A stretch of DNA of 32,000 nucleotides from an uncultured Nitrososphaerota archaeon (GTDB lineage: Archaea > Korarchaeota > Korarchaeia > Korarchaeales > Korarchaeaceae), in contig CAYZRF010000017.1 in NCBI GenBank assembly GCA_964480775.1, positions 1-32,000 of the forward strand, given 5' to 3'. A program made the translations under genes and the position numbers. Shown here in pieces: positions 23,018 to 30,871 of this stretch (within the stretch, counting starts at the first letter, position 1; every line of letters begins with the position of its first letter). Under the pieces are notes generated by a model. The model did no database searches. It was given only the letters and a program-made list of their open reading frames with translations, and had not been told where the DNA came from.

Positions 23018-24016
23018 ATGGTCAAGTTTGGTGTCGAGTTTATTCCGCAGGAACCGTTCTGGAGAACAGTCTTTTATGTAGCTCAGGCCGAAAAGGGCGG
23101 ATTTGATAACACATGGATAACTGATCATTTCATGAACAGGAATCCGTATACAACAATGGCAGCCATAGCGCTTTACACAGAGAAGATAACGATGGGAGTG
23201 GGTGTTACAAATCCTTACTTAGTTAACCCTGTAGTAACAGCTCAAAACATAGCTTCTCTAAGCGAGATGGCTCCAAACAGGGTAATACTTGGAATTGGAG
23301 CTGGAGATAAAACCACTCTTGGTTTCCTTGGTGTTGAGACAAGTCTGCCAGTGAGAGCAGTAAGAGAATGCGTAGAAATTTCAAGAACCCTGCTTTCAGG
23401 GGAAAAAGTCAAGAATTACGAAGGCAAGATCTTCAAGATACAAAAGGCTAAGCTGGCTTTCAAACCTGCTGGAAAAATACCGATATACGTTGGTGCTCAA
23501 GGGCCAATGATGCTTAAGTTAGCAGCCAAGATAGGAGACGGCGTTCTAATTAACGCTTCACACCCTGACGACGTTAAGGAAGCCATGGTCCATCTAAAGA
23601 AAGGAGCAGAGAAGGCGGGAAGAGACCTTAGCAATTTTGATGTGGTTGTTTACACATCATTTTCAACCCATAAAGACAGAGAAAAAGCCAGAAAAGCCGC
23701 TCTCCCCGTGGTTGCCTTCATAGTAGCGGGATGTCCTCCACCCATATTAGAAAAACACGGAATATCTCTGGAGAAAGCAACGAAGCTCAAGAATGCCCTT
23801 AATGAGGGAAAATGGGATGAAGCGTTCTCAAGCGTGACAAATGAAATGATGGAGGCCTTCTCGATCTGTGGAACTCCAGAAGAATGCTCAGAGAAGATAG
23901 CGGAGATGTTCAAACTTGGAGTAACCCAATTCGTCATGGGTTCACCGATAGGTCCGAAGGTTCACAAAGCCATTGATACCATAAGCAAGGAGATCATACC
24001 AAGATTCAAAGAATAA
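23018..24016 (+). CDS. mer: F420-dependent methylene-tetrahydromethanopterin reductase
   Basis: MVKFGVEFIP..., ITDHF, GVTNPY, GIGAGDK, VGAQGPMMLKLAAKIGDGVLINAS, VVAFIVAGCPP, MMEAFSICGTPEEC and GVTQFVMGSPIGP...IIPRFKE match Mer closely. The ATG at 23018 has GGTGGAG 5 nt upstream. The longest-ORF start at 22976 adds 14 non-homologous residues. Confidence 0.95.
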   Translation: MVKFGVEFIPQEPFWRTVFYVAQAEKGGFDNTWITDHFMNRNPYTTMAAIALYTEKITMGVGVTNPYLVNPVVTAQNIASLSEMAPNRVILGIGAGDKTTLGFLGVETSLPVRAVRECVEISRTLLSGEKVKNYEGKIFKIQKAKLAFKPAGKIPIYVGAQGPMMLKLAAKIGDGVLINASHPDDVKEAMVHLKKGAEKAGRDLSNFDVVVYTSFSTHKDREKARKAALPVVAFIVAGCPPPILEKHGISLEKATKLKNALNEGKWDEAFSSVTNEMMEAFSICGTPEECSEKIAEMFKLGVTQFVMGSPIGPKVHKAIDTISKEIIPRFKE

Positions 24017-24136
24017 TCTCTTCAAAGAAAGCACTCTGGAGCACCGAAGATATGAGCTTTTCATCTATAATGAGCGAAACGAGCATTCATGCTTAATTAA
24101 CAATATCGTTGATGTTTTTAGCTACAATTTCCAACA

Positions 24137-25117
24137 TCACAAGGGGAGTTCTTTCCCTAACCTCTTCTTTTTCATAGAAACAAACTTGAGCACGAATGAT
24201 CTGGAATCCTCGCTTAGTTTCTTTACCTCTAAAAGATTGGAAGAGATTGCTCTATCTACAAGATCTTTAGCTTCTTGACTCCTTGCAAAAATCGTCGACC
24301 ATCCTTCTTCAGACCCTATACTTCCTACTGACAGATCCGCAGATTCAGCTGCAAAGTCTCCGCAGAAAGAACAAGATCTTCTAGCATATTCTTTCGTTTC
24401 CTTAATTCGAATACCGTGGACTTCTCCATTACTAAGTTTAACTGAGAACTTCCCGTGCTTTATTTCAGATCTAATGACAGATGAAGGATCCACACCCATT
24501 TTACTCTTTAACATCTCACAGAACTTTGTGTAAGGATAGCTCTCCGTGCAAAATAGTCCGATAACTAATTTAATGTGTTTCGCGTATCGTGGTGCCCTCT
24601 TTCTCATGAATTGAATTGCTCTTACTTGGCAAGGAACTCCTACAACTGCTATCGACTGATGCTTGTCAACGATATCCCTTAGGGAGGAAAGACTTGGGCA
24701 CGAAACGTACTTTGATCCAGCCGATGCAATTAAATCCTGCTCAGTTAGAGCTACGAAGGGTTTAGGTCTCAAAGGTTCTTTGTCGCTGAGCTGACATACG
24801 GTCGCAGCCTCAATAATACCATCCCTTAGGGCTTGAATGAGTAAAGTAGTAACAACTCCGCCATCCTGAGCAAATTTAGCTACACCATCTAAGAGAGTTC
24901 TTCCTGTATATGATGCTAAAACGGGGGTCTCTTCGACTCCTCGATTGATTACAGGACACACAAAAGTACAGAGCTTACACTCAATGCACTTCTCTAAATC
25001 AAAGATGGGCTCGTCGCCGTCTATAGTGACTGCCTCTTTAGGACATACAGCTATACATGCACCACAAAAGGCGCACAATCCAGACTCTATGATCCTACCG
25101 ACTGATTTGAGTTCCAT
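24137..25117 (-). CDS. FrhB/FdhB/FpoF-family F420-binding iron-sulfur flavoprotein with N-terminal 2x[4Fe-4S]
   Basis: CAFCGACIAVCP and CIECKLCTFVCP at the N-terminus, then QDGGVVTTL, SAGSKYV, VGVPCQV and CSFCGDFAAESADLSVGSIG, the FrhB_FdhB N and C domain hallmarks. Confidence 0.8.
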   Translation of the reverse strand: MELKSVGRIIESGLCAFCGACIAVCPKEAVTIDGDEPIFDLEKCIECKLCTFVCPVINRGVEETPVLASYTGRTLLDGVAKFAQDGGVVTTLLIQALRDGIIEAATVCQLSDKEPLRPKPFVALTEQDLIASAGSKYVSCPSLSSLRDIVDKHQSIAVVGVPCQVRAIQFMRKRAPRYAKHIKLVIGLFCTESYPYTKFCEMLKSKMGVDPSSVIRSEIKHGKFSVKLSNGEVHGIRIKETKEYARRSCSFCGDFAAESADLSVGSIGSEEGWSTIFARSQEAKDLVDRAISSNLLEVKKLSEDSRSFVLKFVSMKKKRLGKELPL

Positions 25118-25251
25118 CAGGGCAAAAGCTCAGAGCGTTAACAATTTAAGACTTCCTTTAATTGGAGAGTATCAATAGTTTTTATGTAATCTCCTTGAAG
25201 GAAGAGAACCGCCTAGCTTCGAGTAGCTATTATTATGAGAACGAAGAAGCT

Positions 25252-26022
25252 TTAATTCAATAATCCTATCTTCTTGGCGATTTTCTCAGCTGCTTTTAAG
25301 GCTGGTGAATTGCTCGGGAGTTCAAGAAGAGACCTACCTTCTATGTTGAACCTTGTGACATTTGGATCTGAGGGAATGAAACCAGCGAATCCAACACCCA
25401 TACTCTTAGCTTTCTCTTCAAGTAAGCTAACAAGCTCTTCTGGAAATCTATTTCCCACAAGATATATTTTTCCCACATTTATGTGAACCTCATGAGCAAG
25501 TTCCTTTATCCTTTCTGCTGTCTTAAAGCCCATTGATGAGGGATCTGTAACGATCAACATTACGTCTACATCTCTGTCTGTTCTCCTGCTTAGATGCTCG
25601 AGTCCTGCTTCCATATCCATAATTGTTATGTCATAATTCTTCGTGATGGCATCAAGTATCCTCGTGAGAACGCTGTTCACATAGCAATAACATCCCTCCC
25701 CTTCACTCCTACCCATAACCAAGAGGTCAAATTCTGGGAGTTCTACTAGAGTTTCATAAACCCATGCCTCAAGCAAGTCCGCTTTAGATACTCCTAGCGG
25801 AAGTTCTCCTCTTTCTATCTTTTTTTTGAGTTCATCTGCCACAATTCCAACGTTTTTCTCAGCTTTAACCCCTAAGACCTCTTGCAGGTTTGATGCTGGA
25901 TCTGCATCAACCATAAGGATGGAGTCGTTTTTGTTATTATCTAATAAAGTTCTAAGTAGCAAGCCAGCTAAGGTGGTCTTACCCGTTCCTCCCTTGCCAG
26001 AAATGGAAATAACAAAGCTCAT
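25252..26022 (-). CDS. cooC: CooC/AcsF-type Ni-inserting ATPase (CODH/ACS maturation)
   Basis: Deviant Walker A ISISGKGGTGKTTLA, VDADP, CxC metal motif GEGCYCYVN and DMEAGLEHLSRRT. Confidence 0.9.
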   Translation of the reverse strand: MSFVISISGKGGTGKTTLAGLLLRTLLDNNKNDSILMVDADPASNLQEVLGVKAEKNVGIVADELKKKIERGELPLGVSKADLLEAWVYETLVELPEFDLLVMGRSEGEGCYCYVNSVLTRILDAITKNYDITIMDMEAGLEHLSRRTDRDVDVMLIVTDPSSMGFKTAERIKELAHEVHINVGKIYLVGNRFPEELVSLLEEKAKSMGVGFAGFIPSDPNVTRFNIEGRSLLELPSNSPALKAAEKIAKKIGLLN

Positions 26023-26133
26023 TTTTCAGCCCCTAGAACCCTCTTAAAACGTTTCGACATCCTCAAATGATTTGGATTTCTAAGAGAGCTATAAACTCTA
26101 CTAACATCCGAAGTTCCATTTTAGCATAGCAAA

Positions 26134-28011
26134 TCAACTTCTCCTAATTTTTCTGCTGGCTTCCCACCAAGTTGGGAACAGGTCCTTTTTCCCAGGAAGA
26201 AAGTAAGCAGCAGTATACTCATCCATGAAGTCTGGATCTTTAAGAAGATCAAAGTACGTTGTAAGCCTAACTACCTCCTCTGCCTCATACCTGTATTTCA
26301 CCGAAACGAGGGTAAGATAAGCTCCAGCTACAGAACCATTTCCCAGGTAAGTTATCCTAGCCTTGGGAAGCTCCGGTATTAAACCTATGGCAATAGCGCT
26401 ATTTAAGTCCAGGTAATTTCCAAAAGCTCCACAAATAAACATCTGTTCTATGTCCTGAACGCTTAATCTCATCTTTTTCAATAAAACTCCGATAGCAGAG
26501 CACGCTGCAGCCTTGGAGTCGATTAAATTTGCTATGTCTTTCTCAGTTATCACAATGTCCTTACCAATCGCAGTCTTTTCGGCTGGAACAACTACGTATT
26601 CATATCCATCAATTCCCTGCCTTATTAATGGCGTCTTTAACTCAGCATTTATCTTACCAAGGCTGTCAACTATTCCATTTCGGAACATCTCGGATAGTAA
26701 ATCAATTAATCCCGAACCACATATTCCCTTAGGTTTTACATCTCCTATTACACGATATTCTGCCTTCAGTGTAACAGGATCTATTTTAACGTGATCTATC
26801 GCTCCTTCAATCGCTCTAGTTCCAAACCTGATTCCCCAACCCTCAAAGGCAGGACCAGCAGCAGCGGTAGTGGTTACGAACCATGATTCGCAGCCTAGAA
26901 CAGCCTCCACGTTTGTTCCGATATCCACGAGCAATGATATTTTAGGAGATTTATGCATTCCAGATACAAGGATGTCTCCTATAGCATCTCCTCCAAAGAA
27001 TCTACTTACACAAGGAAGACAGTAGACCCTTGCTGCTTCATGAACTTCAAGTTCAATCTCCTTAGCTTCCAAAAACAAAGGGTCTGATGGTACCTTAGCT
27101 CCAGGGTCTAAGAGGGGAGACGCGTCTTTCCCTGCGAAAAGGTATGTCATGACTGTATTTCCAGCAACACAAACGTCGACTATCTCCTCTTTTTTAACCT
27201 GGTATTTCGAAGTTAATTTAGAAATAAGTTCATTTATCGTATCAACAGCCGCTTTCTGAATCTTTTTAGTGCCGTCTTCCTTTTCCATAGTATATCCTAT
27301 CCTAGATACAACGTCTTCACCATACATTAGCTGCTTGTTATATCCTGATTCATATCCAAGGATCTCCCCAGTAGTTAGGTCAACTAGGTAGGCGACTATT
27401 TTTGTAGTTCCTATGTCAACAGCTAGCCCAAAGAGTCTATTTGTTGTATTGCCCTCCTCTAATCCTAATACTTCGACTTTCCCTCCATATCTTCTAATAA
27501 TTAGTGTGGCTCCTTCTGGGCAACATTTAGGCATTGCGTTAAGTTTCTCTTGCACATGTTTTGGAAAGCTCTCGATTCCTACGAAATACAATATTTTCTC
27601 AAGCTGATTACCAGCTTTGTCTGCTAGTTGAGTTGGTTTCACAAAGACTTTCCTAACGGCTGGCTCTGGAATAACTTTAGGGACTTTCGCTTCCATTTGA
27701 ATTTTTTGACCTTCAAGTCTTGTTTCTGGAGGAATAAAGACCTCACAATCAGATGTCGGAAATGTTAAACAGGCTAGGACGTATCCTTGCTTTAACTCTT
27801 CGTCTGTCAATAATTTCTCTTTTGGATCGTAATTAAATTGAACACTACCTTTCTGTACAATAATTTTACATTTTCCACAACCGCCCTTGCCACCACATAC
27901 ACTTCTAAGAGTTATTCCCGCCGATCTAGCTGCTTCCAATAAGTTAGTATCTTTGCTAGCAGATACCCTCCTCCCGTATGGCTGAAAGACTATGGTAAAT
28001 TCTCTAGTCAT
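26134..28011 (-). CDS. RACo/AcsV-type reductive activator of the corrinoid iron-sulfur protein (N-terminal [2Fe-2S] ferredoxin plus ASKHA ATPase, COG3894)
   Basis: Plant-type ferredoxin module CGGKGGCGKCKI...ACLT, followed by ASKHA phosphate motifs GLAVDIGTTKIVAYL and LLVDIGTNVEAVLG. The size (~625 aa) fits. I use the ATG at 28011; an in-frame GTG at 28020 is the alternative start. Confidence 0.85.
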   Translation of the reverse strand: MTREFTIVFQPYGRRVSASKDTNLLEAARSAGITLRSVCGGKGGCGKCKIIVQKGSVQFNYDPKEKLLTDEELKQGYVLACLTFPTSDCEVFIPPETRLEGQKIQMEAKVPKVIPEPAVRKVFVKPTQLADKAGNQLEKILYFVGIESFPKHVQEKLNAMPKCCPEGATLIIRRYGGKVEVLGLEEGNTTNRLFGLAVDIGTTKIVAYLVDLTTGEILGYESGYNKQLMYGEDVVSRIGYTMEKEDGTKKIQKAAVDTINELISKLTSKYQVKKEEIVDVCVAGNTVMTYLFAGKDASPLLDPGAKVPSDPLFLEAKEIELEVHEAARVYCLPCVSRFFGGDAIGDILVSGMHKSPKISLLVDIGTNVEAVLGCESWFVTTTAAAGPAFEGWGIRFGTRAIEGAIDHVKIDPVTLKAEYRVIGDVKPKGICGSGLIDLLSEMFRNGIVDSLGKINAELKTPLIRQGIDGYEYVVVPAEKTAIGKDIVITEKDIANLIDSKAAACSAIGVLLKKMRLSVQDIEQMFICGAFGNYLDLNSAIAIGLIPELPKARITYLGNGSVAGAYLTLVSVKYRYEAEEVVRLTTYFDLLKDPDFMDEYTAAYFLPGKKDLFPTWWEASRKIRRS

Positions 28012-28240
28012 TAGGTTCACCTAAATGGTGAGTTATGGATTATTGTACAGAAGCGATGAAGTTTACTTGAATTTAAACTTAGTTAAGCGCTCATAGCTAG
28101 CTTGTATGCTTCCTTAAAGAATAATTTGATCTTATCCCTATCCTGTAAAAAGAAGGAAGATTGGGCAGGTATAGAAAAAAATAACATTAGTTATATTTAG
28201 TGCTCATCGCAATCCTTGTAGTTATAAAGATGTATGGGGT

Positions 28241-29653
28241 TCAAGCTGTTTCTGCTTTCTTCCATTTTTCATCCAAGAATTTGGGAATTCCTGAAGAATC
28301 GGTAGGACCCACTAGGACCTCCCAACCACTGAGTTCCTCTATTTCTCCTGATAGCCTTGATGCAAGCCCGGGTATGATTAATTTTCTATGTTTCACCACC
28401 TTATCAACCCCATACTCTTTCAAGGCGTCTGCAACCGTTTCAGCAGTTAATTTTCTACCAGCTACTGCACTTTGAACCGAGATTCCTTCTGTGTCAACGA
28501 CCAAGAGGTAGCAATCTATCTTGGCTGCTTCTATGTCTGACAAGACGGTATAATAGGTTAGGGCGAAGTTTGTGGTGACCATCACTGGGGAATTTTCATT
28601 AGGTTGGCCTATGGTTCTAAGACCTGGTTCTACAGAGACAGGCTTTCTTGGATCTGTGTAAATGTTCTCTCTAAGTATTAACAATGGAAGTATGTTCCAT
28701 CCTGCGAGACTGTGCATCATTATTAGATCGGCATACCTCATAACGAGTGTAGCCGCAGTTATTGCCTCCCACCATGTCTTCGTCTCTTCATCTCCTTCTA
28801 TGTAGAACCAACTGGATATAGCTGAGCCTATGAGCGGATATCCTACTCCCTCATCCTCTTCTTTGATACCCTTCCACCTTAACATCGTGAAATTAGTAAC
28901 GGTTTTATGCAAAAGATCCCCCGGGAAGGACCCAGGATCGAGGGCAAGATCTTCGATACCGAACTTCCTTAGGGTTGTCGTTAGAGACAATAGAAGGTCA
29001 AGATCTCCTGGCGCATAGACAGCAAGAGGACATCCATATTTGAGAGCTAGATCACCCATATCAGCCCAGTTATCTTTAGTAGCTGCATAGATTAAGGGCC
29101 TTTCACCTTCAAGTTCTTCAAGCCCAGCTTCCATTACTTTCGGATCAAGTGAGCAAAGGATCAAGGGGAAACTGGTATTTTCCTTAACTTTCCTAACTGC
29201 TTTCCTGAAGGTCTCTGGGTCCCTGCTAACGGATCTTACTGCTATGAGATTGAGGTGTATATTCCTTCCTATGTAGTAATAGATAAGTTCCTCAATCTTC
29301 TTTACCCTATCAACTAGAAGGGCTTCATCCATTGTGTCAGTGACATCTATTGCTACGGGAGGTGGGTTAACGTAGGTTAGCTCATGTCTAAACATGACAT
29401 ATTCTCCACCTATCTTAACTGCTCTGTCGTCAGGTCCTATCTTAACCTCCTTAATTGGAGGTTTTAGCATTTCCCAAAGTTTCCTGTAATTCTCTTTGTG
29501 CTCATCAGTGAGTAAAGGAGGACATTGATCGAGGAAAGCTTCTCTGTTTACTAACTTTACTGCAAAGGCCATACAGGTGCTCTCTCCACATTCACCACAG
29601 TTGGTCCTAGGTAAATACTTGTAAACATCTGTTGGACTTATTGTTGTCGCCAT
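28241..29653 (-). CDS. cdhE: Acetyl-CoA decarbonylase/synthase gamma subunit (corrinoid Fe-S protein, large subunit)
   Basis: N-terminal [4Fe-4S] motif LPRTNCGECGESTCMAFAVKL, a TIM-barrel middle region and a C-terminal Rossmann-like corrinoid domain. It sits directly after cdhD. Confidence 0.9.
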   Translation of the reverse strand: MATTISPTDVYKYLPRTNCGECGESTCMAFAVKLVNREAFLDQCPPLLTDEHKENYRKLWEMLKPPIKEVKIGPDDRAVKIGGEYVMFRHELTYVNPPPVAIDVTDTMDEALLVDRVKKIEELIYYYIGRNIHLNLIAVRSVSRDPETFRKAVRKVKENTSFPLILCSLDPKVMEAGLEELEGERPLIYAATKDNWADMGDLALKYGCPLAVYAPGDLDLLLSLTTTLRKFGIEDLALDPGSFPGDLLHKTVTNFTMLRWKGIKEEDEGVGYPLIGSAISSWFYIEGDEETKTWWEAITAATLVMRYADLIMMHSLAGWNILPLLILRENIYTDPRKPVSVEPGLRTIGQPNENSPVMVTTNFALTYYTVLSDIEAAKIDCYLLVVDTEGISVQSAVAGRKLTAETVADALKEYGVDKVVKHRKLIIPGLASRLSGEIEELSGWEVLVGPTDSSGIPKFLDEKWKKAETA

Positions 29654-29656
29654 CTT

Positions 29657-30871
29657 TCATGCCTCCCTTTCTATCCATTCATAAAGATCTTCAGGCAGCT
29701 CTTTTCTCCCACGAATAAGGCCATTTATCATGTTTCTTGTTAGCTCAACAGCAAGCGGATGTATCATCATGAAATAGTCTACGCCAGCGAACAGCAAAGT
29801 TAGGGCCGTGAAGGCTTCCCATATTGGTCCTCTCAAAGATTTCGGACCCCATTCTGGCGGCAGCTTTATCCAAGCTTCTCTAGCAGCCCAAGCATTTGAA
29901 GCAGCCGCTGCCATTGGGTGCTGAAGCTCTTCATCACCCATGAGAGCAGCCAGGCGGGCTCTTTCCATTATTGTAAAGGCATAATCTATTCCATAACCTA
30001 CGGCAGCCGTTGTAGTGTCCATCACTATGCTTTCCTTTCCCAGATAGTCGTAGAGCTTCCTGTTTAGTTCCCTTGCTTGGTTAAGATCCATTGAGGTGAA
30101 AGCTATGATTGCATGACCATATTTTTTCGTAAGTTCTCCCATCTTAGGGACGTCCATGTCCAATGTTACATCATTTATCAATATCCTCTCTCCCTGCGCG
30201 ACCTCTGCCACTTTCTCGAAAACTTTTTGGTCCTTTGCTGGATCTCCTGAACCTCCAACGCATATTGGCACTTTAACTGCTTGAAGAACTTCTTCAACCA
30301 TCTTGGCAGCCTGTTCTGGAGACGTGTCTTTTAACAAGGGATCAGTACTGATCAGGTGGAAGTTTATCATATCCGCCTTATATTTTTCGACGTTAAACCT
30401 AGCCCACTCCACTGGATCACTCATAACATCCCCATAATACTCTTTTATCGCCTTTGGAAGGCTTATTTCCATATCAAAGACATCCATAGCAACAATTGGT
30501 GGATGGGGCGGGGTTTCCATAAAGAGATGAAAAGCAGGTGCGGACTCACCTCCTATGATTACCGTTTTGTCTCTTGTTCCACCCTCGCTTGGAGTAGCTC
30601 CAATCTTTACTTCTACGACTTTTCCAATCCATTCCTCCTTTGGAGGCTCGAATCTACTCATTATGAGTTCTTTTGGCTTCTCAAGGATCGGCACGGTCTC
30701 TTTTCTAAGAAGAGCACTAGGTTGAATTGTCAAAATGAGTTTTTCGGCCATTATTTGTACATCTTGTAGCTCTATTTCCACTTCTCCAAGTTGACTTAGG
30801 GCCCTTGCTAATTCTTTACCTAATAGATCGGCCAATAAATCTTCAAGCTTAGGACTTCTCTCCTTTTCCAT
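29657..30871 (-). CDS. cdhD: Acetyl-CoA decarbonylase/synthase delta subunit (corrinoid Fe-S protein, small subunit)
   Basis: 404 aa lying between cdhC and cdhE. The stretch GGSGDPAKDQKVFEKVAEVAQGERILIN resembles CdhD/AcsD as I recall it. It overlaps the cdhC stop by 23 nt. Confidence 0.85.
   Translation of the reverse strand: MEKERSPKLEDLLADLLGKELARALSQLGEVEIELQDVQIMAEKLILTIQPSALLRKETVPILEKPKELIMSRFEPPKEEWIGKVVEVKIGATPSEGGTRDKTVIIGGESAPAFHLFMETPPHPPIVAMDVFDMEISLPKAIKEYYGDVMSDPVEWARFNVEKYKADMINFHLISTDPLLKDTSPEQAAKMVEEVLQAVKVPICVGGSGDPAKDQKVFEKVAEVAQGERILINDVTLDMDVPKMGELTKKYGHAIIAFTSMDLNQARELNRKLYDYLGKESIVMDTTTAAVGYGIDYAFTIMERARLAALMGDEELQHPMAAAASNAWAAREAWIKLPPEWGPKSLRGPIWEAFTALTLLFAGVDYFMMIHPLAVELTRNMINGLIRGRKELPEDLYEWIEREA

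Noticed and set aside
30356-30769. 137-aa plus-strand ORF inside cdhD (similar cases at 31057..31335, 31242..31562, 31483..31668, 31608..31808 and 31741..31941 inside cdhC)
   Set aside because: All are antisense to the strongly supported ACDS subunit frames, and none has a recognisable domain.
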